Source: a virus
Lineage: Duplodnaviria; Caudoviricetes
Reading direction: 5' to 3' (one strand)
Length of the DNA: 32,557 nucleotides
IMG/VR virus record: IMGVR_UViG_3300033076_000670
Location: 1-32,557 of that record
Notes under the pieces: generated by a model
Told to the model about the DNA's origin: nothing
Seen by the model: only the letters and a program-made list of their open reading frames with translations
Databases searched by the model: none
Shown here: positions 17,764 through 25,538 of the stretch, in pieces
How positions within the stretch are numbered: the stretch's first letter is position 1
How the letters are laid out: each line of letters begins with the position of its first letter
Position numbers and translations under genes: made by a program

Positions 17764-18723
17764 TCAATTCTCCAGTTTTGCTACTTGTTCAGCGTATTGC
17801 TTATCGGTTAAGCCCAATTTCCTAGCCAGCGCTTGCTGGGTCTTTGTCAATTGAACTTTTCTAACTCCAGTCGAACGTGTCGCTGGGGCTACCACGGCAG
17901 CAGGTCGTCTGTGAGAATCGCCGGACCTTGACTTGTCTTCGTTACCCCCGAAAACTTCAGGGAACTTCGACTTCACGCGAGCGTCAATTTGCTCGAAATA
18001 CTCATCACTGCGGGGATCGACCCCGGTATTGACTAGCTTCTGATGCAGCCCTAGTGCGTAGCTGGTAACTTCTTCGAACCCGCTGCTTCCGAACCACTGG
18101 TTTTTGGCTTGCCAGCGCAAGGTTTTTTCGTCCGGTGACACGCGTTGGGGTTCGCGGTAGTTCGTTTGTACATCATCTTCTTCAACTTGTAAAGAGGCTG
18201 GACGAAATTTTTTCGTTTCTTCCATCTTGATCTTGGCATCAAGCATGGCCTCTTGGGCTGCAAGGATGGCGTCAGTGTCAAACGACTCTTGTGCAGCTCG
18301 CAAATCACGACGCGCTTTCTCCAGTTCAGCCTCGGCAGCGGACTGCGCGTACTTGCTGACCTGTTCTGTGCTCGTGTTGGCGTGCTGCTTCAAGCGCTTG
18401 TTCTCTTCGATCAATTGCTGTGCAAGGCGCTCCAGCTCTTGTTTCTCGCGCAGAGTAGCTTCTTTGGCTCGACGTTCGTCGTGACGGGCATGTGTCAATT
18501 CCTTGATGCGCTTTTGTGCACCTTGGGTGTATGACTCAATTTCCTCGTCCGTGGGGTCTTCAACCTCACGCTCCAGTGGTCGACGGCCACGATCCTTTTC
18601 AGGGGTGTCGTCTACGATTTCAACCTCGACGTCATCGTCGTCGGTCTCCACCTCGATTTTCAGTTCGTTCTTGTCGTCCTCGATTTCATCGGGGAACTTG
18701 AACTCGTCTCTTGGACCAGCCAT
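17764..18723 (-). CDS. Capsid scaffolding protein
   Basis: Acidic N-terminus, long coiled coil (KRIKELT), C-terminal VQLTKTQQALARKLGLT..QYA. Confidence 0.75.
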   Translation of the reverse strand: MAGPRDEFKFPDEIEDDKNELKIEVETDDDDVEVEIVDDTPEKDRGRRPLEREVEDPTDEEIESYTQGAQKRIKELTHARHDERRAKEATLREKQELERLAQQLIEENKRLKQHANTSTEQVSKYAQSAAEAELEKARRDLRAAQESFDTDAILAAQEAMLDAKIKMEETKKFRPASLQVEEDDVQTNYREPQRVSPDEKTLRWQAKNQWFGSSGFEEVTSYALGLHQKLVNTGVDPRSDEYFEQIDARVKSKFPEVFGGNEDKSRSGDSHRRPAAVVAPATRSTGVRKVQLTKTQQALARKLGLTDKQYAEQVAKLEN

Positions 18724-18732
18724 TTCTACTCC

Positions 18733-19167
18733 TTATGCGCGGGTTAAGCCGCGAGGGTCTTGCACAACACACTCCACCTGATCGTCATTAATCACGCGGA
18801 ATTCCTTACCGAATATCTTGAAGCGCGTACCTGTGTAGGTGCGCACAAGCACAAAGTCGCCTTCTTTGGCCCATGGGCCGCCGGGGAAGCGTTCGGTGTC
18901 TTTGTAGGCATCAGGCCCAACGCGCAACACAAAAAGAACTGTTGTGGCATGTTCTTCTTGGCGCAGGGTGGCCATGTCACGAACCAAGTCCAGCGAGGTG
19001 CCAGCAATCTTTTCATCGACTTCTGGTACTACGCACAGCAGCTTGTGTCCAACGGGGGTTGGCAAAGCACTGGCTTTGGATTCGTCATCAGCGTCTTCGG
19101 CAGGGCCGTCAACGGGTTGGATGTGGGGCGGCAAACTAATACCGGGGGGCAGGATGATTTCACTCAT
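18733..19167 (-). CDS. groES: GroES-like co-chaperonin
   Basis: PVGHKLL, VLRVGPDAY, KEGDFVLV..YTGTRF and FRVINDDQVECVV match the Cpn10 pattern; start MSEIILP. Confidence 0.8.
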   Translation of the reverse strand: MSEIILPPGISLPPHIQPVDGPAEDADDESKASALPTPVGHKLLCVVPEVDEKIAGTSLDLVRDMATLRQEEHATTVLFVLRVGPDAYKDTERFPGGPWAKEGDFVLVRTYTGTRFKIFGKEFRVINDDQVECVVQDPRGLTRA

Positions 19168-19354
19168 TTGCTTTTTCGACTTTCTCTGCAAGGTCAAGGA
19201 TGTAACGCTCTGCGGTGGCTAGGCCTTGAATCACCCCGCAAAGTTTTTGGTATTCCTCAAAGGAACGGCATGCACCACCTGCGCAGTCGTCAGCGTAGTT
19301 GTTCATGTCGGTGCGTATTTGTTCGCGCAACACACGTGCGAATTCTTGGATCAT
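19160..19354 (-). CDS. Small helical protein downstream of the portal
   Basis: 64 aa with FEEYQKLCGVIQGL; overlaps both neighbours. Confidence 0.7.
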   Translation of the reverse strand: MIQEFARVLREQIRTDMNNYADDCAGGACRSFEEYQKLCGVIQGLATAERYILDLAEKVEKANE

Positions 19355-21981
19355 TTAGTAGGTTTCTCCTTTTTCTCCGGTGGTTTGTTCGACTGCTCGA
19401 GTCGGGCTTTTGCTTGTGCACGTTGGTGCTTCAAGTTCTGTGCATGTACCTGCTCCTTGTGTGTCAGGGCTTGTCCATGTCTTTGCGACTCCATGGCCAT
19501 ACGGTCGCGAGCCGCTTGCATGTCTAACGCTGTTTTTTGGGCCACAAGGTCGGGGTTGCTTTGCTGTTGCTTGTTGTACATGTCGCCGGCGGTTTTCACA
19601 CCGTCCAAGCGAATGCGTGCTTGTGTTTGCTCCTTGGTGTTCTCCACCTTGGCAGCTTCCAAAGCTGTTTTGGATTGCAGCTCTTGTGCTTTGAGCTGAA
19701 GCTCTGCTTCGGCAATCTTCAACTTGGCTTGTGACTCTTGCATCTTCAACTGCAGCTCGCCTTGCTTGATCTGCAATTCTTGCTGTTGCATTTGTACAAC
19801 AGGGTCTTGTGCCATCTGCTGGGCTTGCTGTTGTTGAGCCGTGGCTTGGTTCTGCGCCAGCGCTTGTTGGGCAGCTTGCGCCAACATGCCAGACAGCGAC
19901 ACCTCGATTTCTGGAGGCAGCTTGGAATCTTCAGCAGGCAGTGGCATACCGAGCTGCTGCTCGATTTGCTGACGGTATTGGTAACCAGCATGTTCGGCAA
20001 TGTGGGCATCCAGCGCGGCCATGATCTTTGGCGCGTTGGGGTTTTGTCCAATCAGCGCGGCGATCGTTGGGTCTTGCTTCATTGACATGTGCACAGCCAA
20101 GTGAGCTGCGTGGTCTTGGAAGAAAAACGCCTTGGCAGGGGCTTGCTTGAGGATTGCTTGGTTCTCGGACACAGGGTCCTTGGGCTTCTCGTCCTCGGGC
20201 AGCGGCACCAGCTTGTCAGCGTTTTTAATACCCAACACCTCCAACATATTGCGGTGCAACTGTGGCAGGTCGTAAATGTCCGGAGCCATCTGGGCCATCT
20301 GAATCACAGCTTGGTACTGCACCACGCGCTGGCTCATGGTCGCAGCGTTGGGGTCGCTCACAGGCACGATGTCAACGTGGGCATAGTCGCTGGCTTTCGC
20401 TTTGGCTGGACCTTGTTCTGGCTCGTAGTCGTAGTCCTCGTCGGTGTAGTCGCGGATCAGGGCAGCCAGCAACTGGAGTTCTTGCTTGAACGCATAGTGC
20501 ATGCGCGCCTGTACGGCAGACATGACTTTGAGCTGGCGCTCGAGCAGAGCCAGCGTGGTGCCCACCGGTGCCTGCGCACTCATGTCCGACACCTTCATGT
20601 CCGCGGTCGCGGCGAAGCGACGGCCTTCCTCGACGATCTTGTCCATCAACCCAGCCAGAACGGCAGAGGGCTCCTTGTACGGCAGCGGCAGGATCGAGTC
20701 GCGGATTTGGCCAGAGCCAACGTCTACATCACGCCATTCGCCGGGGGCGATCGGAGTGTCATCACCCTTAATGCGAAGTCCACGTGACTTGAGGCCGCCG
20801 GGGAGGTTCGATAGTGTTCCAGCATCCACCAGCTGACGCATGATTGAGGTGGCTGACTTGGCGTAGCCGCCGATGAGGTGGAAGAGGCCGAAGCCGTAGG
20901 CTCCGAAGCCGGGGATGTATTGGTAGTGGACGAAGTGTTGTCGCTTGAGCTTGAGTTCATCGTCTTCTTTCCAGTTGCGGCGGATGGCCAAAACGTCATT
21001 GGTGCCCTTCAACATGGTCACCACGTACGGCAGCGCGATGCCGATTGGTTCGCCCTTGTCGTCGCACTCGCAGTACTCGTCGTCTTTCAGAACGAGGTCA
21101 ACGTGGATTTCATACAACACATGACGGTCGTCATCGTTGGCGCTGAACCCAGTTTCCTTGTCCTTGGCCTTTTGAATGTCGGTCTGCTCCTTGGTGGGGT
21201 CAGGCAACTCAATGTCGCGGTAGAACCCAGCTTGCTGGAGCTTGATGATTTCGTTCTCTGTCTTGCGCATGACGTGGGTCAGGCGGTAGCAGGTGTCCAA
21301 ATCTGTGGTGCCGTAGGGCAGGATGATGTCTTCCGCGGGGATGAACATCGAAACTTGGCGTCCAAGGTTGGGGTCGAAGTAGACTTTCTTGAACGCCGAG
21401 CCAGTGGCTGGCAGCGACCACAACATGCGCTCATGTTCGGGACGGAACTCTTTCATGACCTCGGTCAGTTCGTAGTTCATGTCGTCTTCGACTCGCACGG
21501 CGGCTTCTTGTTTCTGCGGCGTCTCTCTGCCAATGATCTTTGTACGGACTGGGCCTTGAGCCGGGAACGTTTCGGTAATCGTCTCTGACTGGAACCGAAC
21601 CACAGCCTCGGTAATCATGGGGTGGAACACACCGCATGCACCATTCCAAGGTTCTGTACGTTCCTCGTACTGAAGGCCCAAGAGCTTTAAGCCTTCGACG
21701 TACGCTTTCTCCCACTCTTTGCGTGAGCCAAGGTCGTTTTTAATGTCGCCGTCCAAGTCACCAGCCAAGGACTCCAGTACCGCCGTGTCAAGCGTTTCGG
21801 CCAAGTTGGCGTCAAAGCCTTCCTCGTCTTTCTCGGGGTGCATGCTGATTTCGAGGTCGCCTACCTCGATGTTGACCGCTTCTGGGTCGATGATTTCGAT
21901 TTCAATAGGCTCGTGTTCCTGCGCTAGTTCCTCTATGCCTTGCGGCTGCTGGAAAAGAGCTTTGTCGATGTTGGTGGCCAT
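19351..21981 (-). CDS. Portal protein (P22-like, long Gln-rich C-terminal barrel)
   Basis: 876 aa after TerL; HPMITEAVVRFQ, GSAFKKVY and YGFGL, with a long Q-rich coiled C-terminus. Confidence 0.88.
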   Translation of the reverse strand: MATNIDKALFQQPQGIEELAQEHEPIEIEIIDPEAVNIEVGDLEISMHPEKDEEGFDANLAETLDTAVLESLAGDLDGDIKNDLGSRKEWEKAYVEGLKLLGLQYEERTEPWNGACGVFHPMITEAVVRFQSETITETFPAQGPVRTKIIGRETPQKQEAAVRVEDDMNYELTEVMKEFRPEHERMLWSLPATGSAFKKVYFDPNLGRQVSMFIPAEDIILPYGTTDLDTCYRLTHVMRKTENEIIKLQQAGFYRDIELPDPTKEQTDIQKAKDKETGFSANDDDRHVLYEIHVDLVLKDDEYCECDDKGEPIGIALPYVVTMLKGTNDVLAIRRNWKEDDELKLKRQHFVHYQYIPGFGAYGFGLFHLIGGYAKSATSIMRQLVDAGTLSNLPGGLKSRGLRIKGDDTPIAPGEWRDVDVGSGQIRDSILPLPYKEPSAVLAGLMDKIVEEGRRFAATADMKVSDMSAQAPVGTTLALLERQLKVMSAVQARMHYAFKQELQLLAALIRDYTDEDYDYEPEQGPAKAKASDYAHVDIVPVSDPNAATMSQRVVQYQAVIQMAQMAPDIYDLPQLHRNMLEVLGIKNADKLVPLPEDEKPKDPVSENQAILKQAPAKAFFFQDHAAHLAVHMSMKQDPTIAALIGQNPNAPKIMAALDAHIAEHAGYQYRQQIEQQLGMPLPAEDSKLPPEIEVSLSGMLAQAAQQALAQNQATAQQQQAQQMAQDPVVQMQQQELQIKQGELQLKMQESQAKLKIAEAELQLKAQELQSKTALEAAKVENTKEQTQARIRLDGVKTAGDMYNKQQQSNPDLVAQKTALDMQAARDRMAMESQRHGQALTHKEQVHAQNLKHQRAQAKARLEQSNKPPEKKEKPTK

Positions 21982-21989
21982 GGCGGTCC

Positions 21990-23528
21990 TTAATAGTAAG
22001 CGTGGGTTGTGCGCTTGAAGTAGCGCGGTTCATCGGGTTCGTCGGATTCTAGTGAAATAAACCCACCTTGTCGAAAGCGCAGCAGCGCCTGAGACGTCGT
22101 ATCCACGAAGTCATCGTGCTCGCCGTTGGGAAAAGCAGCCACTTCTTCGATCACTTCACGTGCCCAGCGCGTGTCAGGGGCCCACACACTGCCCGATGTA
22201 AACAAATCAGCCACCGCGTTGAGTCGAACGATCTTGTCGTTGCCGCGGGACGGGCTAAATTCCTGCACCGGGATGCCCATGTTGCGCAATTCTTGAATCA
22301 GCGGCGCGCCAGCAGCCTTCTTTTCCACAATAAACGCGTCTGGGTCCCACTCACGGTAGTGTTTCAGCGCAATTTGCTTCAATTCTGGGAAGGCCATGCG
22401 GTCCTTGAACGCATCCAGCAGGATTACCTGCGGTTTCATGTTCTCTTCCTCGTTGTAGAAGACGCCCCACGTTGTGCACGCGCTGTAGTCGGACCGGTTT
22501 TTCGTCTCAAACGCCGTATCCCATGACTGAATCACGTACTCGCACTCAGGCGGCTCGTCACTTTCCCAGATTCGCCAACTCTTTCTGGACACGATCGCCG
22601 CGTTGTTGCTCGTTGGCTGCTGCATGTACTGCGCGTTCCAGTACTGCGGGTCGATTGACGCCTTGGTCGCCTTCAACAACTCAAGCGGCCACTGTTCTGG
22701 CCACAAGGATTTCTCGTTTTCTTCGCCTTCGTTGAGGATCGCGGGTAGCTCAACGATCTCCCATGGCACGGACCCGGGGTTTTTGGTCTGGTAGTCAATC
22801 AAGCGGCCAGTCAGGTCCAGCAAGGACCACCTTGTCATGATGACAATGATCGCACCGCCCGGCATCAAGCGTTGCAAGGGGCCCGTTTGGAACCAATTCC
22901 ACGCCGTGTCAAACGCTAGACGTGAGTTTATTTTGACGTCTTGTTCACTGTGAGGATCATCAATAACGAACAAATCAGCGCCACGACCGGCAAGAGCACC
23001 GCCAACACCAGCAGCGTAATACTGGCCGCCGAGAGAAGTAGACCATTTACCAGCAGCACTTTGGTCAGCGGCCACTTGAGTGTTTTGAAAAACCTCATGG
23101 TATTCCTCGCTGTCAATCAAGTTACGCACGCGCCGGCCAAAGTCCTCTGACAACCCCGCGGTGTGGGTGCCCATGATGATCTTCTTGTTGGGGTACTTGC
23201 CTAAAAAATAAGCAGGGAACAGGTAGGAGGAGAACTCCGACTTACCCATACGTGGCGCAATGTTGATGATGACGCGTTTCTTCTTGCCCTCGATCACGTC
23301 TTGGAAAATCTTGGCCAGCTTCCTGTGCTGGGGCCCGACCTTGAACCCCGGATAGACATGCTTGGCAAAGTCGATCATATTGTCCCGGGCGCTGTACAAC
23401 GACTGGCGGCGCTCGCGCTCCTCGAGCATGTCCATAAGCTCCATCTTCTCCGCCACCGTCATGGTGGGGAGCGCGGCTTGAAGGGCCTTGGCCTCTTTAG
23501 GCGTCAGGTTGAGTTTGCTCAGGTTCAT
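21990..23528 (-). CDS. terL: Terminase large subunit
   Basis: Walker A APRMGKS, Walker B FVIDDP, MTRW coupling motif, and nuclease motifs SWDTA, IVEKKAAG and HDDFVD. Confidence 0.95.
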   Translation of the reverse strand: MNLSKLNLTPKEAKALQAALPTMTVAEKMELMDMLEERERRQSLYSARDNMIDFAKHVYPGFKVGPQHRKLAKIFQDVIEGKKKRVIINIAPRMGKSEFSSYLFPAYFLGKYPNKKIIMGTHTAGLSEDFGRRVRNLIDSEEYHEVFQNTQVAADQSAAGKWSTSLGGQYYAAGVGGALAGRGADLFVIDDPHSEQDVKINSRLAFDTAWNWFQTGPLQRLMPGGAIIVIMTRWSLLDLTGRLIDYQTKNPGSVPWEIVELPAILNEGEENEKSLWPEQWPLELLKATKASIDPQYWNAQYMQQPTSNNAAIVSRKSWRIWESDEPPECEYVIQSWDTAFETKNRSDYSACTTWGVFYNEEENMKPQVILLDAFKDRMAFPELKQIALKHYREWDPDAFIVEKKAAGAPLIQELRNMGIPVQEFSPSRGNDKIVRLNAVADLFTSGSVWAPDTRWAREVIEEVAAFPNGEHDDFVDTTSQALLRFRQGGFISLESDEPDEPRYFKRTTHAYY

Positions 23529-24114
23529 CGTCGTTAGTTAGTGGTTGCTCACTTACTTCGCTCACATCTTCAACGTCCACGACCCCCATGAACTTGTTGA
23601 GCTTCTCCTTGATCTTCTTGTCAATTTCGCTGTCGGACAGGTCTGTTTGCTTGACCTCGACGCGCTCGGTGAACAACGCCACCTCAGTCACGCGCCCCAA
23701 CATGTCCAGCGCTTTCAACCGGATGCGGGCGTCGGGGTGGTTTGTCTCCTCCAGAATCTTGGCCACGGCCATGCCGCGCAGGTTCTTGGCCTGCTCAACG
23801 AACTCCCAGTCGTATGCGGACAGCATGGCTACCAGATGGCGCACTGCCTCTGGCGTTTTGATTGTGGTGAGCTGCGTCTTCGTTTCCTGTGCTGGCGCGG
23901 CTGTGGCCAGCGCTGTGAAGACTTTTTGGGCGGCCTTGGTGTTGGCCTCTTTGAGCGCTTGGTCATCGTCGTCGATGCCGAGCTTTTCCATCCATGCGGT
24001 GGTGTTTACTTGTGCGTTGAGGATTTCGTCCGGCGAAGCCTTGTCCAACGCCTTGGCGGCGCGGGAGTTGTGCGGTTGCACAGGGGGTTCAAAATCCAGC
24101 AAGTGATCGAGCAT
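23497..24114 (-). CDS. terS: Terminase small subunit (putative)
   Basis: 205-aa helical protein overlapping the TerL start; RLKALDMLG motif. Confidence 0.65.
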   Translation of the reverse strand: MLDHLLDFEPPVQPHNSRAAKALDKASPDEILNAQVNTTAWMEKLGIDDDDQALKEANTKAAQKVFTALATAAPAQETKTQLTTIKTPEAVRHLVAMLSAYDWEFVEQAKNLRGMAVAKILEETNHPDARIRLKALDMLGRVTEVALFTERVEVKQTDLSDSEIDKKIKEKLNKFMGVVDVEDVSEVSEQPLTNDDEPEQTQPDA

Positions 24115-24120
24115 TTGTTC

Positions 24121-24198
24121 CTATGAAGGTTGCGGGTTGCGGTCCCGGTGCTGGTAGTGTACACTTACTTCCGGTAGTGTTGCAAGCAGTTGCTTCAT
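24121..24198 (-). CDS. Possible 25-aa leader peptide upstream of terS
   Basis: AAAGGAGAAGCA-ATG, then MKQLLATLPEVSVHYQHRDRNPQPS; its TAG overlaps the terS RBS. It may be only the mirror image of the antisense sRNA. Confidence 0.3.
   Translation of the reverse strand: MKQLLATLPEVSVHYQHRDRNPQPS
24137..24185. promoter_or_regulatory. Overlapping divergent sigma70-like promoters
   Basis: Plus: TTGCGG(24137)-17-TACACT(24160). Minus: TTGCAA(24185-24180)-18-TACACT(24161-24156). Both -10 boxes lie in the palindrome AGTGTACACT. Confidence 0.5.
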
Positions 24199-24265
24199 TG
24201 CTTCTCCTTTGGGGTCTTTTCCGGGACTCTTTGAAACCCCAGTCAGAAATGGCTGGGGTTTTTTT
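24172..24265 (+). ncRNA. Putative ~95-nt sRNA with anti-Shine-Dalgarno segment
   Basis: Lies between the plus-strand promoter and a strong plus-strand terminator; contains CATTGCTTCTCCTTT (24196-24210). Confidence 0.5.
24234..24265 (+). terminator. Intrinsic terminator
   Basis: AAACCCCAGTCA-GAAA-TGGCTGGGG followed by T7; no plus-strand CDS upstream. Confidence 0.85.
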
Positions 24266-24341
24266 ATGCCTTTCTGTTTCTTGGTAGGCGCACCTCAGAC
24301 GCGGTAGATTAAGCGTCGAGCCTTCGGCTTATGCGAGGCGC

Positions 24342-24463
24342 TGGTGGCTGGTACTGATCTCCAGCTTTGGTAGGCTCTGATGCCTGAGTGTTCCGCCGCT
24401 ACCACGTCCACGGTCTCTTTTAACGCACCATCTATCATCGCGCATCAGTCTGCGCACTCACCA
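24342..24463 (-). ncRNA. C4 antisense-RNA-like cloverleaf
   Basis: TGGTG/CACCA closing stem, GCGCA-GACTGA-TGCGC and GCTGG-AGATCAGTA-CCAGC hairpins; loops CTGA and TCAG are complementary; resembles the recalled C4-family consensus. Confidence 0.65.
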
Positions 24464-24470
24464 ACATTCG

Positions 24471-24544
24471 GGTTGCGGGTCGTGGTAACGCTCCACGCTC
24501 GATACGGCTTATGAGACCGTCCGGGTCAACTTGACCTACCCGCC
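24471..24544 (-). tRNA. Non-canonical tRNA-Met(CAT)-like gene
   Basis: Acceptor GCGGGT/ACCCGC with G1:A72 mismatch, anticodon arm ACGGT-CTCATAA-GCCGT, T stem CGTGG/CCACG with aberrant loop AGCGTTA, shrunken D arm, no encoded CCA. Confidence 0.65.
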
Positions 24545-24554
24545 GAATTTTTGT

Positions 24555-24701
24555 TGTTGAAGGAGGCTGCGTCGACTCAGCCCCGCACGGGTTCCCAAGG
24601 TTACGGCTTCCGAATACGTCGCCTCCCGACCTCGATGTGCGCTACGGCCAAGTTCCCCCAACCCTTAAAGCGTCATCCGGTATGTCTGCGTTCCCCCAAC
24701 A
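24555..24701 (-). ncRNA. Unknown ~147-nt structured RNA
   Basis: Ends pair over 10 bp (TGTTGGGGGA/TCCTTCAACA); 3' T-arm-like hairpin GGCTG-AGTCGACG-CAGCC; begins at the predicted TSS. Confidence 0.45.
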
Positions 24702-24706
24702 CCTGC

Positions 24707-24735
24707 AGTGTATAGCATTAGACAAAGAATTGCCA
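24707..24735 (-). promoter_or_regulatory. sigma70-like promoter for the RNA array
   Basis: TGGCAA-17 nt-TACACT, with AT-rich UP-like tracts at 24737-24755. Confidence 0.5.
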
Positions 24736-25017
24736 GAATTTTTTAGAAAATTTTTGGGGTGGTATGGGACCCATGATTAATCTGGATTTGTGTCGGTAGT
24801 TGTGCATAAGTACCGACGTTTTCGTAAATAAGAACAAAGAATTACAAAAATACTGAGGATGGTTACGAAACAGTGTTCACGGCGGACAGCACGGCACATC
24901 AATATATGGGTTGGTGGGGGTAGGGTGGGGTTTCAAGGGGTTGGATATGACCATGCCACAAACCCCGTCATGTTCTACTGAAAGTGTCAGGGCAACAGCC
25001 TTGGCTCTTTATCAATC

Positions 25018-25033
25018 TGGGACAAATGTCCCA
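25018..25033. repeat. Palindromic repeat copy 1 (TGGGACA-AA-TGTCCCA)
   Basis: Perfect 7-bp arms; 5 nt upstream of the AGGAG RBS of the first early gene. Confidence 0.95.
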
Positions 25034-25050
25034 CAATCAGGAGAACGACT

Positions 25051-25446
25051 ATGTCAATCAAAGCTAACACACACAAAGCACTTACAGCGGCACACGACTA
25101 CGCCGCCGCAATCGACAGACTGCGCAAGGACTGCGCAGGCAAGACCCGCGAGGAAGCGAGGGCACTCATGCTTCCAGCGGTGGCGAGCTTCCCCAAATAC
25201 AACATACCACTCGTTGACGGGGACAAGAGCGCACAAGGTCGCAAGGTGATGGATGCAACGCACCCGAAGTTCGAGACAGCACGCAAGGCGCTGAACCGCT
25301 TACTCGCTGATGTTGGATTCGGTGAACAGCCCGCACAGTCGCACAGCAAGGCGCACTACACACGGGCACAACGCAAAGCCGCCAAGGACTTCTTGGCTAT
25401 GTTCGACAGCGTGGCGCAAGCAAAGGCTTGCTTGGCTGCTCTGTGA
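25051..25446 (+). CDS. Hypothetical early protein (basic, Ala-rich)
   Basis: 131 aa; AGGAGAA RBS; stop TGA fused to a repeat copy. Confidence 0.8.
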   Translation: MSIKANTHKALTAAHDYAAAIDRLRKDCAGKTREEARALMLPAVASFPKYNIPLVDGDKSAQGRKVMDATHPKFETARKALNRLLADVGFGEQPAQSHSKAHYTRAQRKAAKDFLAMFDSVAQAKACLAAL

Positions 25447-25449
25447 TTC

Positions 25450-25465
25450 TGGGACATTTGTCCCA
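25450..25465. repeat. Palindromic repeat copy 2
   Basis: Context TGA-TTC-TGGGACATTTGTCCCA-C. Confidence 0.95.
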
Positions 25466-25538
25466 CGATGATTTTTCCAAGGAAGCGCAGGGGCGAGGCT
25501 CTTGCGCTGTTCACTTTCATGTCAAAGGAGATTTACCC

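Noticed and set aside
15-24126. Many plus-strand ORFs (e.g. 4306-4971, 15866-16654, 20089-20787)
   Set aside because: Antisense shadows of well-supported, tightly packed minus-strand genes; no RBS or recognisable motifs.
24289-24341. tRNA-associated theta (HDV-like) ribozyme
   Set aside because: The nested double pseudoknot and J4/2 catalytic C could not be built; kept only as an unknown junction.
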